This document shows positions 11,330-25,545 of a DNA stretch of 64,000 nt, piece by piece. The DNA lies in contig JAWMAR010001748.1 in NCBI GenBank assembly GCA_036785375.1, positions 62,001 to 126,000 on the forward strand, in the 5' to 3' direction. The position numbers and the translations under genes were made by a program. The notes below the pieces were generated by a model. The model had not been told where the DNA came from, did not search any database, and was given only the letters and a program-made list of their open reading frames with translations. Position 1 is the stretch's first letter; every line of letters begins with the position of its first letter. The stretch is from Leucoraja ocellata (taxonomy: Eukaryota).

Positions 11330-13368
11330 AATATTTTAACGACAAGGATTTGAAGGGCCTGAGCTCAGGGCAAGGTTGGGCAGGCAAAGAGGAGGCAGAA
11401 ACGGTGCAAGAGAGAGGGTGTCCGTGCTAGGCTGAGAGATAATGCTAGCTGGCCGGCCAGCTCTCCCATCTATCCTACTCTCCAACGTCCGCTTCCTGGA
11501 AAACAAACTGGACAACATCCAACTACAGAGGAGTACACAGCGAGAGACTAGAGACTCCTGTGTCTGTGTTTTACTGAGACATGGCTCAACGATCGAGTCC
11601 CGGACGTGGCCATTCAGCTAGCCGGGCTAGTCTCGCACCGAGCCGACAGAGAACCATCACAGGTACACAAAAATGCTGGAGAAACTCAGCGGGTGCAGCA
11701 GCATCTATGGAGCGAAGGAAATAGGCGACGTTTCAGGCTGAAACCCTTCTTCAGACTGATGGGGGGTGGGGAGAGAAGGAAGGAAAAAGGGAGGAGGAGG
11801 AGCCCGAGGGCGGGGGGATGGGAGGAGACAGCTCGAGGGTTAAGGAAGGGGAGGAGACAGCAAGGTCTAGCAAAACTGGGAGAATTCAACGTTCATGCCA
11901 TCCGGACGCAAGCAACCCAGGCGGAATATGAGGTGCTGTTCCTCCAATTTCCGGTGTTGCTCACTGTGGCAATGGAGGAGACAGAGAGGTCGGATTGGGA
12001 ATGGGAGGGGGAGTTGAAGTGCTGAGCCACCGGGAGGCCAGGTAGGTTATTGCGGACTGAGCGGAGGTGTTCGGCGAAACGATCGCCCAACCTCCGCTTA
12101 GTCTCTCCGATGTAAATCAGCTGACACCTAGAGCAGCGGATGCAGTAGATGAGGTTGGAGGAGATACAGGTAAACCTCTGTCGCACCTGGAACGATTGCT
12201 TGGGTCCTTGAATGGAGTCGAGGGGGGAGGTGAAGGGACAGGTGTTGCATTTCTTGCGGTTGCAACGGAAAGTGCCCGGGGAGGGGGTGGTACGGGAGGG
12301 AAGGGAAGAATTGACAAGGGAGTTGCGCGGTAAGACTCGAGGTGGTGGCATGTGTGTTTACATCAACACTGACTGGTGCAACAACTCTGTCTTAGTCTCC
12401 AAGTTCTGTTCATTGCTGGTGGAGAATGCGATTGTGAGATGTAGACCTTTTTATTTGCCACGGGAGTTTACCACAGTGCTCATTGTTGCTGCTCACATCC
12501 CGCCCAGTGCTAATGCTAAGGAAACACTAGCTGTACTGTACTGTATGGAGCTTTATGCAATCTACAAAACACACACCCAGAAGGACTGTTTATTGCCGTA
12601 GGAGATTTCAACCGTGCAAATCTCAAAACTGTGCTTCCTAAATGTTACCAACATGTGGACTTTGCAACGAGCGGGGAGAAGGTGCTAGATCTTGTTTACA
12701 CCAATATGCCCAGCACGTACAGGGTGGAGTCACGCCCCCATCTCAGATACTCAGACCACATCTCTGTCATGCTGATCCCAGCATACAGACTGCTTGTCAG
12801 ATGCTCCAGACCAGCTAAGAAACAGGTGAAGACCTGGCCAGCAGGAGCCATCTCTGCTCTCCAGGACTGCATTGACTGGCACATGTTTAGGGAGGCAGCA
12901 ACCACCAGCGGCACCACTGGCTTGGAGGAGTACACGGCATCAGTGACTGGTTACATCAGTAAATACATTGATGACATTACTGTCACTGAGCTCATCACCA
13001 CACATCCCCAACAGTAAACCATGGATGACTGCAGAGGTACGTGCGCTGCTGAATGCCCGAGACACGGCCTTCAGAGCAGGCGATAAGGAGTCCCTGAGAA
13101 CAGCGAGGGCCAAACTGTCCCGGGCCATCAGGGAAGCAAAGCGAGCGCATGCAAGGAAAATCCACGGCCACTTCAGTGTCAGCAGGACACACTGAAGCCG
13201 TGGCAAGGCATCCAAGCCATCACCAACTTCAGGACATCAACACCAGCCTGTGACAGCGATGCCTCTCTGCCTGATGCGCTGAACATGTTCTACACCCGGT
13301 TTGATGCACAGAACGACGTGGTGGCGAGGAAGATCACAACCCCCCCCCCCCCCCCGCGACCAGGTGGC
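11330..13368 (+). mobile_element. Rex1/Babar-type LINE 5' part (AP endonuclease), interrupted by a Penelope-like insert
   Basis: [35 protein letters not shown] and KPWMT motifs. Confidence 0.8.
11661..12327 (-). mobile_element. Penelope-like element 3' part (GIY-YIG endonuclease plus terminal repeat)
   Basis: NLIYCIRCSRCQLIYIGETKRRLGDRFAEH in ORF 11893-12351. Confidence 0.9.
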
Positions 13369-14742
13369 TATAGAAGCATAGAAGCATAGAGACATAGACA
13401 CATAGACACATAGACACATAGAGACATAGACACATAGACACATAGACACATAGAGACATAGAGACATAGACACATAGACACATAGACACATAGAGACATA
13501 GACACATAGAGACATAGACACATAGACACATAGACACATAGANNNNNNNNNNNNNNNNNNNNNNNNNNNNNNNNNNNNNNNNNNNNNNNNNNNNNNNNNN
13601 NNNNNNNNNNNNNNNNNNNNNNNNNNNNNNNNNNNNNNNNNNNNNNNNNNNNNNNNNNNNNNNNNNNNNNNNNNNNNNNNNNNNNNNNNNNNNNNNNNNN
13701 NNNNNNNNNNNNNNNNNNNNNNNNNNNNNNNNNNNNNNTAGACACATAGAGACATAGACACATAGACACATAGACACATAGAGACATAGACACATAGACA
13801 CATAGACACATAGAGACATAGACACATAGAGACATAGACACATAGAGACATAGAGACATAGAGACATAGACACATAGAGACATAGACACATAGAGACATA
13901 GACACATAGACACATAGACACATAGACACATAGAGACATAGACACATAGACACATAGACACATAGACACATAGAGACATAGACACATGGACACATAGAGA
14001 CATAGACACATAGACACATAGAGACATAGACACATAGAAACATAGACACATAGAGACATAGACACATAGAGACATAGAGACACATAGAGACATAGACACA
14101 TAGACACATAGACACAGACCCATAGACACATAGACACATAGACACATAGACACATAGAGACATAGACACATAGAGACATAGACACATAGACACATAGAGA
14201 CATAGACACATAGAAACATAGAGACATAGAGATATAGAGACATAGAGACATAGAGACACATAGAGACATAGACACATAGACACATAGACACAGACCCATA
14301 GACACATAGACACATAGACACATAGACACATAGAGACATAGAGACACATAGAGACATAGACACATAGACACAGACACATAGAGACATAGACACATAGAGA
14401 CATAGAGACATAGAGACATAGAGACATAGACACATAGACACATAGAGACATAGACGCATAGAGACATAGAGACATAGAGACATAGAGACATAGAAAAATA
14501 GAGACTTAGACACATAGACACATAGAGACATAGAGACATAGAAAAATAGAGACATAGACACATAGACACATAGAAACATAGACACATAGACACATAGAGA
14601 CATAGACACATAGACACATAGACACATAGTGACATAGACACATAGACACATAGAGACATAGACACATAGAAACATAGACACATAGACACATAGACACATA
14701 GAAACATAGAGACATAGAAACATAGAGACATAGAAACATAGA
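13369..14742. repeat. Octamer microsatellite (ACATAGAV)n, contains N gap 13543-13738
   Basis: Direct inspection. Confidence 0.97.
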
Positions 14743-15489
14743 CCAGGCAGACCAGAGGAGGCAGACATACCCCCATCCATATAAACGGGACTGAGGTGGA
14801 GCGCGTCTCCAGCTATAAATTCCTCGGAGTACATATCTCGGAGGATTTGTCCTGGTCCCTCAACACCTCCAAGCTGATCAAAAAGGCACAGCAGCGCCTT
14901 TACTTCCTGAGGAGGCTCAAGAAAGCCCACCTGTCCCCCCAGATCTTGACCAACTTTTACCGCTGTACCATAGAGAGTATCCTGACCACCTGCTTCACGG
15001 TATGGTACAGCAGCTGCACTGCTGCGGACAGGAAGGCACTACAACGGGTGGTGAAAACCGCGCAGTACATCATCGGTGACCCGCTCCCTGCCATGGATGC
15101 CCTCCACCGAAAACGGTGTCTGAGACGGGCTGGGAAGATCATCAAAGACCCCTCACACCCCAACCATGGACTGTTTGCCCTCCTCCCATCAGGGAGGCGG
15201 TACAGGAGCCTCAGGTCTCGTACCAGTACGATGAGGAACAGCTTCTACAACAACACAATCACATTGCTGAACTCGGAGTCCCGACGATAGATTTCTCTGG
15301 TCCCTCCGTCCCCATTGTTTAATTATTCTGTATTTCCTGATTATTCTGTATCTTCCCTCTTTCTATTTTTTTTTTTTTTTGTTTTCTTTATGTACAACTA
15401 CTACGGACTGACGCAAAACTGCATTTCGTTGTACTGATACTTGTATTTGTGCGATGACATTAAAGTTGAATTGAATTGAAATTGAATTG
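14743..15489 (+). mobile_element. 5'-truncated Rex1/Babar-type LINE, (TTGAA)n tail
   Basis: YKFLGVHISEDLSW...RLYFLRRL; near-identical copy at 18618-19346. Confidence 0.88.
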
Positions 15490-16866
15490 TAGACACATAG
15501 ACACATAGAAACATAGACACATAGAAACATAGAGACATAGACACATAGAGACATAGAAACATAGACACATAGAGATATAGAGACATAGAGACATAGAAAC
15601 ATAGACACATAGACACATAGACACATAGACACATAGACACATATAGACATAGACACATAGACACATAGACACATAGACACATAGAGACATAGAAACATAG
15701 ACACATAGACACATAGACACATAGACACATAGACACATATAGACATAGACACATAGACACATAGACACATAGACACATAGACACATAGACACATAGACAC
15801 ATAGACACATAGAGACATAGAAACATAGACACATAGAGACATAGAAACATAGACACATATAGACATAGACACATAGACACATAGACACATAGACACATAG
15901 AGATATAGAGACATAGAGACATAGAAACATAGACACATAGACACATAGAGACATAGAAACATAGACACATAGAGACATAGAAACATAGACACATATAGAC
16001 ATAGACACATAGACACATAGAAACATAGACACATAGAGATATAGAGACATAGAGACATAGAAACATAGACACATAGACACATAGACACATAGAGACATAG
16101 ACACATAGAGATATAGACACATAGAGACATAGAAACATAGACACATATAGACATAGACACATAGACACATAGACACATAGACACATAGACAGATAGAGAT
16201 ATAGAGACATAGACATAGAGACATAGACACATAGAGATATAGAGACATAGAGACATAGAAACATAGACACATAGACACATAGAAACATAGAGATATAGAG
16301 ACATAGAGACATAGAGACATAGAAACATAGACACATAGAGATATAGACACATAGAGACATAGAGATATAGAGACATAGACACATAGAAACATAGACACAT
16401 AGACACATAGAGATATAGAGACATAGACACATAGAAATGTAGACACATAGAGATATAGACACATAGACACATAGAGATATAGAGACATAGACACATAGAA
16501 ACATAGACACATAGACACATAGACACATAGACACATAGAAACATAGACACATATAGACATAGACACATAGAAACATAGACACATAGAGACATAGACACAT
16601 AGAGACATAGAAACATAGACACATAGAAACATAGACACATAGACACATAGAGACATAGAAACATAGACACATAGAAACATAGACACATAGAGACATAGAC
16701 ACATAGACACATAGAAACATAGACACATAGAGACATAGAGACATAGACACATAGAAACATAGACACATAGGCACATAGACACATAGACACATAGAGACAT
16801 AGACACATAGAAACATAGACACATAGACACATAGAAACATAGAGACATAGAGACATAGAAACATAG
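15490..16866. repeat. Octamer microsatellite (ACATAGAV)n, contiguous with a CR1 tail
   Basis: Direct inspection. Confidence 0.97.
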
Positions 16867-18470
16867 AAAATAGGTGCAGGATGAGGCCATTCGGCCCTTC
16901 GAGCCAGCACCGCCATTCATTGTGATCGTGGCTGATCGTCCCCAATCAATAACCCGTGCCTGCCTTCTCCCCATATCCCTTGACTAGCCCCTAGAGCTCT
17001 ATCTAACTCTCTCTTAAATCCATCCAGTGACTTGGCCTCCACTGCCCTCTGTGGCAGGGAATTCCACAAATTCACAACTCTCTGGGTGAAAAAGTTTTTT
17101 CTCACCTCAGTCTTAAATGGCCTCCCCTTTATTCTAAGACTGTGGCCCCTGGTTCTGGACTCGCCCAACATTGGGAACATTTTTGCTGCATCTAGCTTGT
17201 CCAGTCCTTTTATAATTTTATATGTTTCTATAAGAATCCCCCTCATCCTTCTAAACTCCAGTGAATACAAGCCTAGTCTTTTCAATCTTTCCTCATATGA
17301 CAGTCCCGCCATCCCAGGGATCAATCTCGTGAAGCAACGCTGCACTGCCTCAATCACAAGAATGTCCTTCCTCAAATTAGGAGACCAAAACTGTACACAA
17401 TACTCCAGATGTGGCCTCACCAGAGCCATATACAACTGCAGAAGAAGCTCTCTACTACTATACTGAAATCCTCTTGTTATGAAGGGCAACATTCCATTAG
17501 CTTTCTTCACTGCCTGCTGTACCTGTAAGCCAACTTTCAGTGACCGGTGTACAAGGACACCCAGGTCTCGCTGCACCTCCCCCTTACCTAACCTAACCCC
17601 GTTGAGATAATAATCTGCCCCCTTGTTTTTGCCGCCAAAGTGGATAACCTCACATTTATCTATATTATAGTGCATCTGCCACACATCTGCCCACTTACTC
17701 AACCTGTCCAGGTCACCCTGCAACCTCCTAACATCCTCTTCACAGTTCACACTGTCACCCAGCTTTGTGTCATCCGCAAACTTGCTAGTGTTGCTCCTAA
17801 TTCCCTCTTCCAAATCATGAATATATATATGGTAAACAGTTGCGGCCCCAACACCGAGCCTTGCGGCACTCCACTCACCACTGCCTGCCATTCTGAAAAG
17901 GACCCGTTCACTTCTACTATTTGCTTCTGGTCTGCCAACCAATTTTCTATCCACGTCAACACCCTACCCCCAATACCATGTGTTCTAATTTTGGTCACCA
18001 GTCTCCCGTGCGGGACCTTATCAAAGGCTTTCTGAAAGTCTAGATACACTACATCCACTGGCACCCCTTCATCCATTTTACTTGTCACATCCTCAAAACA
18101 TTCCAGAAGATTAGTCAAGCATGATTTCCCTTTCATAAAACCATGTTGACTTGGACTAATCCTTTTACTGCTATCCAAATGCCCCATTATCACCTCTTTA
18201 ATAATTGACTCCAGCATCTTTCCCATCATCGAAGTCAGGCTAACTGGCCTGTAATTCTCCGTTTTCTCTCTCGCTCCTTTCTTGAAAAGTGGGATAACAT
18301 TAGCGCTGCGCTACCTCATAACGCTGCACTCTCTGAATAGCAAAAATGTCCTTCCTCAAATTAGGGGACCAAAACTGTACACAATACTCCAGGTGTGGTC
18401 TGACTAGGGCCCTGTGCAACTGCAGAAGGACCTCTTTGTTCCTATACTCAAATCTTCTTGGTAGAAAGGC
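16867..18470 (-). mobile_element. CR1 LINE RT to 3' end (plus a second short fragment 18320-18470)
   Basis: ORFs 17747-18229 and 16917-17954 ([14 protein letters not shown]). Confidence 0.92.
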
Positions 18471-18617
18471 CATGCAAACCTCTTCTCTTGAGCTTGGCAG
18501 TCTGAATCTAGTGCCATAACTATTCATAACTGTGTTCATACTGAATCAGATTTTGACGGTGTGAGGCGCGTATTGGCTTTTGATGGTATGATACGGGAAT
18601 TTGCTAGGATAAACTGA

Positions 18618-19346
18618 ATTCAGGAAGGTCAGAGGGGGCAGACATACCCCCATCCATATAAACGGGACTGAGGTGGAGCGCGTCTCCAACTACAAATTCC
18701 TCGGGGTACACATCTCGGAGGATCTGTCCTGGTCCCTCAACACCTCCAAGCCGATCAAAAAGGCACAGCAGCGCCTTTACTTCCTGAGGAGGCTCAAGAA
18801 AGCTCACCTGTCCCCCCAGATCCTGACCAACGTTTACCGCTGTACCATCAAAAGCATCCTGACCACCTGCTTCACGGTATGGTACAGCAGTTGCACCGTA
18901 GCGGACAGGAAGGCACTACAACGGGTGGTGAAAACCGCGCAGCACATCATCGGTGCCCCGCTCCCTGCCATGGATGCCCTCCACCGAAAACGGTGTCTGA
19001 GACGGGCCGGGAAGATCATCAAAGACCCCTCCCACCCCAACCATGGACTGTTTGCCCTCCTCCCATCAGGGAGGCAGTACAGGAGCCTCAGGTCTCGTAC
19101 CAGTAGGATGAGGAACAGCTTCTACAATAATACCATCACATTGCTGAACTCGGAGTCCCGCCGATAGATTTCTCCAGTTTCTCCGTCCACACCGTTCGAT
19201 TTCGATTATTGTTTGATTATTCTATATTTTTTTTTTTTATTTCTATATTGCACTATACTATGGACTGACGCTAAACTGCATTTCGTTGTACCCATACTCG
19301 TATTTGTGCAATGACATTAAAGTTGAATTGAATTGAATTGAATTGA
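18618..19346 (+). mobile_element. 5'-truncated Rex1/Babar-type LINE, (TTGAA)n tail
   Basis: ORF 18673-19167. Confidence 0.88.
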
Positions 19347-20655
19347 AATGATACTTAAAGGCTTGACGATAGATATGCAATGGCAAACATTTAAAGATCC
19401 TATGGATGAATTGCACCAATTGTTCACCCGTCAGGTGTAAAAATAAAACAGGGAAGGCGGCTCAACAGTGGCAAATAATGGAAATTAGGGAATATTAAAT
19501 CCAGGCATATAAATTGGCCAGATAAAGCAACAAACTGGGAGAAATTTAAATTTAATATTTAACAGAGGAGGACAAATGGATGAATTCAGTGGGGGTAAAT
19601 AGAGCATGAAAGGAAATTTGTGGGGGAAATATTAGTGAAGACAAATATAGGCCCCTTACAGTCAGAAACAGGTTAATTTATACTGGGAAACAAGAAATTG
19701 GCAGACCAGTTACACAAATACTTTGGTTCTGTCTTCACTAAGGAAGACACAAACAATCTTCCAGAAATACAAGGGGACCGAGGATCTAGTGGGAGGGAGG
19801 AAGTGAAGGGAATCCACATGATTCAGGAAATGTTGTTAGGTAAACTGTTGGGACAGAAGACATGTAAATCCCCAGGGCCTGATGGTCTGCATCCGAAACA
19901 ACACAAGGAGGTGGCCCTCGAAATCGCGCATGTATTGGTAATCATTTTCCAATGTTCTATAGACATTTGGTTAGTTCCAGTGAACTGGAGGGTACCTAAT
20001 GTAACCCCACCTTTTAAGAAAGAGGGGAAAGAGAAAACAGGGAATTATAGACCAGTTAGCCTGACATTGGTAGTGGGTTGTACAGGGCTCTGGTGAGAAC
20101 ACACCTGAGCATCTGGTGCAATTTTGGTCTCCTAATTTGCGGAAGGACATCCGTGTCAATGAATGAGCACAGCGTAGGTTCACAGGGTTAATTCCCGGGA
20201 TGTCTGGACAGACATATGATGAAAGAATGGATCGACTGGGCTTAAATGAAGGGATTAAGATGGGTGAGAGGAGATCTTATAGAAAGATATATAATTCTTA
20301 AGGGTTTGGACAGGCTGGATGCAGGAAAAATGTTCCTGATATTGGGGGTTCAGACCTATGGGTCACGATTTAAGAATAAGGATTAGGCCATTTAGTACTG
20401 AGATGAGGAAAACCTTTTTTTTAGCAAGAGAGTTGTGAATTTGTGGAATTCTCTGCCTCAGAAGGCAGTGGAGGCCAATTCACTGGATGTTTTCAAGAGA
20501 GAGCTAGATATAGCGCTTGGGGCTAATGGAATCAAGGGATATGGGGAGAAAGCAAGAATGGGGTAATGATTTTGGACGATCACATTGAATGACGGTTTGT
20601 GCTCGATAGGCCAAACGACCTCCGCCTGCACCTATTTTCTATGTTTTTATATTTA
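19347..20655 (+). mobile_element. Degraded, internally deleted CR1 LINE
   Basis: FGSVFTKED, KSPGPDG and NYRPVSL, then jumps to the C-terminus and 3' UTR. Confidence 0.85.
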
Positions 20656-21118
20656 ACTAATGTGTTCTAAGTAACCTGCGAACCCTGGTATACCTGCTTT
20701 CTGCACTGTGGGATCAATTAACCTGTTCCTTTCTATATAACTTGCTAGCCTCTGTGCCACTATGCTAAAGAAAATCTTGCCATCTACATTTAGGAGACAA
20801 ACAGCCTAAACTGATTTAACTCTGGAGACTCTTTCTTCTAGGGAATGAACATTCCCCCTGCTCTATGCCAAACCCTTGGTATGACCTGCTTCTACCAAAC
20901 TATTGGACAGAGCCTCTGCGAGAATCTAAGCACATCAGGTGCACTTTTATGTACCCGGTAAGGGACTCCATTTGGTCCCGGTGCAGAAGAAGCCTTTCCA
21001 CGCCATATTACTGCTTCCACTGCCTTCCACTTTTGTGGCAAAACATCTAACTCTAACATCTGTCTCCTAAGGTGGTAACTCTGGAGGGAGACACGGGCCC
21101 GATACTGGGGCCCATGAC

Positions 21119-24100
21119 GACTGAGGATTGGCGGGAAGCTAACGTAACCCCACTTTTTAAGAAGGGAGGGAGAGAGAAAACGGGGAATTACAGACCAGTT
21201 AGTCTAACATCGGTTGTGGGGAAACTGCTAGAGTCAGTTATTAAAGATGGGATAGCAGCACATTTGGAAAGTGGTGAAATCATTGGACAAAGTCAGCATG
21301 GATTTACGAAAGGTAAATCATGTCTGACGAATCTGATAGAATTTTTCGAGGATATAACTAGTAGCGTGGATAGGGGAGAACCAGTGGATGTGGTGTATCT
21401 GGACTTCCAGAAGGCTTTCGACAAGGTCCCACATAAGAAATTAGGATACAAACTTAATGTACATGGCATTGGGGGTTCAGTATTGATGTGGATAGAGAAC
21501 TGGCTGGCAAACAGGAAGCAAAGAGTAGGAATAAACGGGTCCTTTTCACAATGGCAGGCAGTGACTAGTGGGGTACCGCAAGGCTCAGTGCTGGGATCCC
21601 AGCTATTTACAATATATATTAATGATCTGGATGAGGGAATTGAAGGCAATATCTCCAAGTTTGCGGATGACACTAAGCTGGGGGGCAGTGTTAGCTGTGA
21701 GGAGGATGCTAGGAGACTGCAAGGTGACTTGGATAGGCTGGGTAAGTGGGCAAATGTTTGGCAGATGCAGTATAATGTGGATAAATGTGAGGTTATCCAT
21801 TTTGGTGACAAAAACAGGAAAGCAGACTATCATCTAAATGGTGGCCGATTAGGAAAAGGGGAGATGCAGCGAGACCTGGGTGTCATGGTACACCAGTCAT
21901 TGAAAGTAGGCATGCAGGTGCAGCAGGCACTGAAGAATGCGAATGGTATGTTAGCTTTCATAGCAAAAGGCCTAAGGTGCTGTTTTGAGACAACAGATTG
22001 GGATGTGTTCTGTGAGGAGTATGGGGAAGACATTGACGGCCTAACAGAATGCATTACCCATTACATCAATTTCTGTTATGATGACATCATGCCATCCAGG
22101 GTAATTCGTTGCTACCCCAATAACAAACCATGGATTACCAGCAGCCTGAAGGCCTTACTAAATGAGAAGAAAAAGGCTTTCAGGGTGGGTGATGGGAATA
22201 AAATCAAAGAAATTCAAAGGGAACTGAAGGTGAGGATTAAGGAGGGGAAAGAAGCATATAGGCTCAAACTGGAACGACAGCTGCAGCAAGATGGAGTGAA
22301 GCAGGTATGGGCTGGAATGAAAAAGATCACGGGTATGAAGCAGAAGGGCGGTACACTGCCTGATGGTGAACAGAGTCTGGCTGATGATCTGAACAGATTT
22401 TTCAACAGATTTGACTGCCCAACACCATCCCAGCCTCCCCCACCTGGTCTGCTGACCGTTGATGCTTCCTCACCATCTCCCCTCCCTCTCTCCAATACTC
22501 CTGAGATGTCATCTGCACGGGGTCCCCCCTTCCCACCTACTACTACACCACCAGCCCTACCTATGACTCTTCATACTGCGCAGGTCAAGATGATGCTGGA
22601 CAGACTGAAGCCAGGGAAAGCAGTGGGGCCCGATGACATCAGCCCAAGGCTACTGAAGACTTGCTCCTCAGAGCTGTGTGGTATTCTAACACACCTGTTC
22701 AACCTGAGCTTGCGTCTACAGAAGGTCCCAAGGCTGTGGAAAACATCTTGCCTGGTACCTGTCCCAAAGAAGACCTATCCCACTCACCACAATGACTACA
22801 GACCAGTAGCGCTCACTTCACATATTATGAAGACATTTGAGAGACTTGTCCTCTCCTACCTCAGGACTAGTGTGTCAACTCAAATGGATCCTTTACAGTT
22901 TGCATATCAGCCCAACATCAGTGTCGATGATGCCCTTATTTACATGCTGCAGAGGGCGTACACACATCTGGACATCCCTGATGCATCTGTAAGAATTACA
23001 TTCTTTGACTTCTCTAGCGCTTTTAACACAATTCAGCCTCGACTGCTAGGGGAGAAGATGGAGAAGATGAAGGTGGATCCATTACTGGTACTGTGGTGTT
23101 TGGATTACCTTTTCCTCAGACCACAGTATGTGCGCCTACAGAACAATGTCTCAAGCACCATCCTGAGCAGCACAGGGGCTCCACAAGGAACTGTGCTGGC
23201 TCCATTCCTGTTTACCATCTACACAGCGGATTGTCAATATAACACCAGCAGCTGCTTTTTGCAGAAATTTTCAGATGACACAGCTGTTGTCGGCCTCATC
23301 AAAGGGGGCAATGAGGAGGAGTATAGAGACACAATTAACAACTTTGTGGAGTGGAGTGCACACAATAATCTCCATCTCAACACCAAAAAAACGAAGGAGA
23401 TAGTTGTGGATTTCAGGAGGGGGAGGAGGAGGACTCAACCAACACCAATCACCATCAGGGGCACTGAGGTGGAGGTGGTCGCCAACCACAGGTACCTTGG
23501 TGTGCAGCTTGACAGTGAGCTGGACTGGAAGAGTCATATGGAGGCGGTGTACAGGAAGGGACAAAGTAGACTGTATTTTTTAAGGAGGCTAAAGTCATTT
23601 AATATCTGCCAACCCCTACTGTGCAGTGTCTACCATTCAGTGGTGGCCAGTGCTCTGTTTTTTGCTGTGGCCTGTTGGGGAGAAGGCGCCCGAATAGCGG
23701 ACAAAAACAGACTGGACAAGCTGATCAGAAAGGCCGGCTCAGTGGTTGGGGCTGAGCAACTAACGGTCCAACAGGTGGCAGAGGCCAGAACTCTGAAAAA
23801 ACTAGGCTCAATAATGACCAACCCCACTCACCCACTCCACGCCCTGAAGGTGATCAAGTGCAGCATCTTCAGTCAGAGACTGATTGCACCAATGTGCAAA
23901 ACGGAGAGACATAGGAAGTCTTGTATACCAGCTGCTATAAGGTTTTATAATGCACAAAAATGTTAACTTATTAAGTATTGAAGATATCTGTGGAAATGTG
24001 TGGTGTTATGTCTGTCTTGAAGCTGTTGTGGCACTGTAATTTCCTGTAAAGGATTATTAAAGGTTATTATTATTATTATTATTAAAAGGATTTGAGTATA

Positions 24101-24714
24101 GGAGCAGGGAGGTTCTACTGCAGTTGTACAGGGTCTTGGTGAGACCACACCTGGAGTATTGCGTACAGTTTTGGTCTCCAAATCTGCGGAAGGACATTAT
24201 TGCCATAGAGGGAGTGCAGAGAAGGTTCACCAGGCTGATTCCTGGGATGTCAGGACTGTCTTATGAAGAAAGACTGAATAGACTTGGTTTATACTCTCTA
24301 GAATTTAGGAGATTGAGAGGGGATCTTATAGAAACTTACAAAATTCTTAAGGGGTTGGACAGGCTAGATGCAGGAAGATTGCTCCCGATGTTGGTGAAAG
24401 CCAGGACAAGGGGTCACAGCTTAAGGATAAGGGGGAAATCCTTTAAAACCGAGATGAGAAGAACTTTTTACACACAGAGAGTGGTGAGTCTATGGAACTC
24501 TCTGCCGCGGAGGGTAGTCGAGGCCAGTTCATTGGCTATATTTAAGAGGGAGTTAGATGTGGCCCTTGTGGCTAAGGGGATCAGAGGGTATGGAGAGAAG
24601 GCAGGTACGGGATACTGAGTTGGATGATCAGCCATGATCATATTGAATGGCGGTGCAGGCTCGAAGGGCCGAATGGCCTACTCCTGCACCTAATTTCTAT
24701 GTTTCTATGTTTCT
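21119..24714 (+). mobile_element. 5'-truncated CR1 LINE (TSD ATGAC) with nested Rex1-type LINE
   Basis: ATGAC at 21114-21118 and 24715-24719; RT motifs; CTATGTTT tail. Confidence 0.9.
21971..24083 (+). mobile_element. Rex1/Babar-type LINE (intact RT, (TTA)n tail), TSD AAAAGG
   Basis: DYRPVALTS, FDFSSAFNTI, GAPQGTVLAP and FSDD motifs; AAAAGG at 21965-21970 and 24084-24089. Confidence 0.9.
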
Positions 24715-25545
24715 ATGACAGGCCCACTCAGTATTCAAACAACGTAAGGTCCGAAAACACAAGGCCCATTCAGTGTTGGTGTTGCATGATGCCACAGAAA
24801 GTAGGCCCAATCTCTATTCAATGTACTCTGGGCCCAATCACTTTAGTCGCGGTTACCCTGATAGTGCGCTGAATGGGCCAAATGCAATCAGCCGAGAGTA
24901 GTCCAGGATACCCAACTAGTGGGATGAGTGGCTTTGTGGCTCCATGTGGCCTATTCTTATTTTGGGGGCCGATACTAACTCACTCACCCGCCATCAAAGG
25001 CCCAATCAATGTCTAAGTGAAAGCGCACCCAAGATGGGTACCAGGCAAATAGATCTGAACTAATTTACAATCCTTTGGAGTCATGCAATCCCAGCTAATT
25101 CCAGAAATGGTGGAACACGAGGAAAAACGAGAGCACATTTAGAGCAAGGTGCTGGTTCCTTCGATAAACAAATATAGCAAACTAGGTTAGGCTTTTGTAG
25201 TTCCGCTTTTATTTGTGATTTAACAGAAACATATTACAGAGATGTTTTTAAAAGCATAACACGAAGTGGTCAAAACAACTGAATTCCACACTGAGACCAG
25301 GTACATTGAACATGTAGCTTGAGAGTCAAAGGTTAGCTCTGAATTAAGGACAATTGAGCAAAAAAGGAGTAAATAGATATTTGCTCATATACGGAATGTG
25401 TGCATGCGTTGGATTGTTGGGTATGTATTTACACATGCATTGACATTACATTTATTTACAGGCCTTCGGTTAGGCCGCACTTGCAGTATAGTGTGGAGGT
25501 CCAGGTCGTCCCTTCGAGGGAATAATGTGGAGGCTTTGGCGAAGA

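Noticed and set aside
13237-16974. 400-520 aa ORFs rich in C/V/Y/S/M/L
   Set aside because: Translations of an octamer microsatellite and an N gap; not genes.
24720-25060. GGCCC(A)-rich repeated motifs, continuing at 21090-21118
   Set aside because: Probably a degraded repeat split by the CR1, but no termini or family could be defined.
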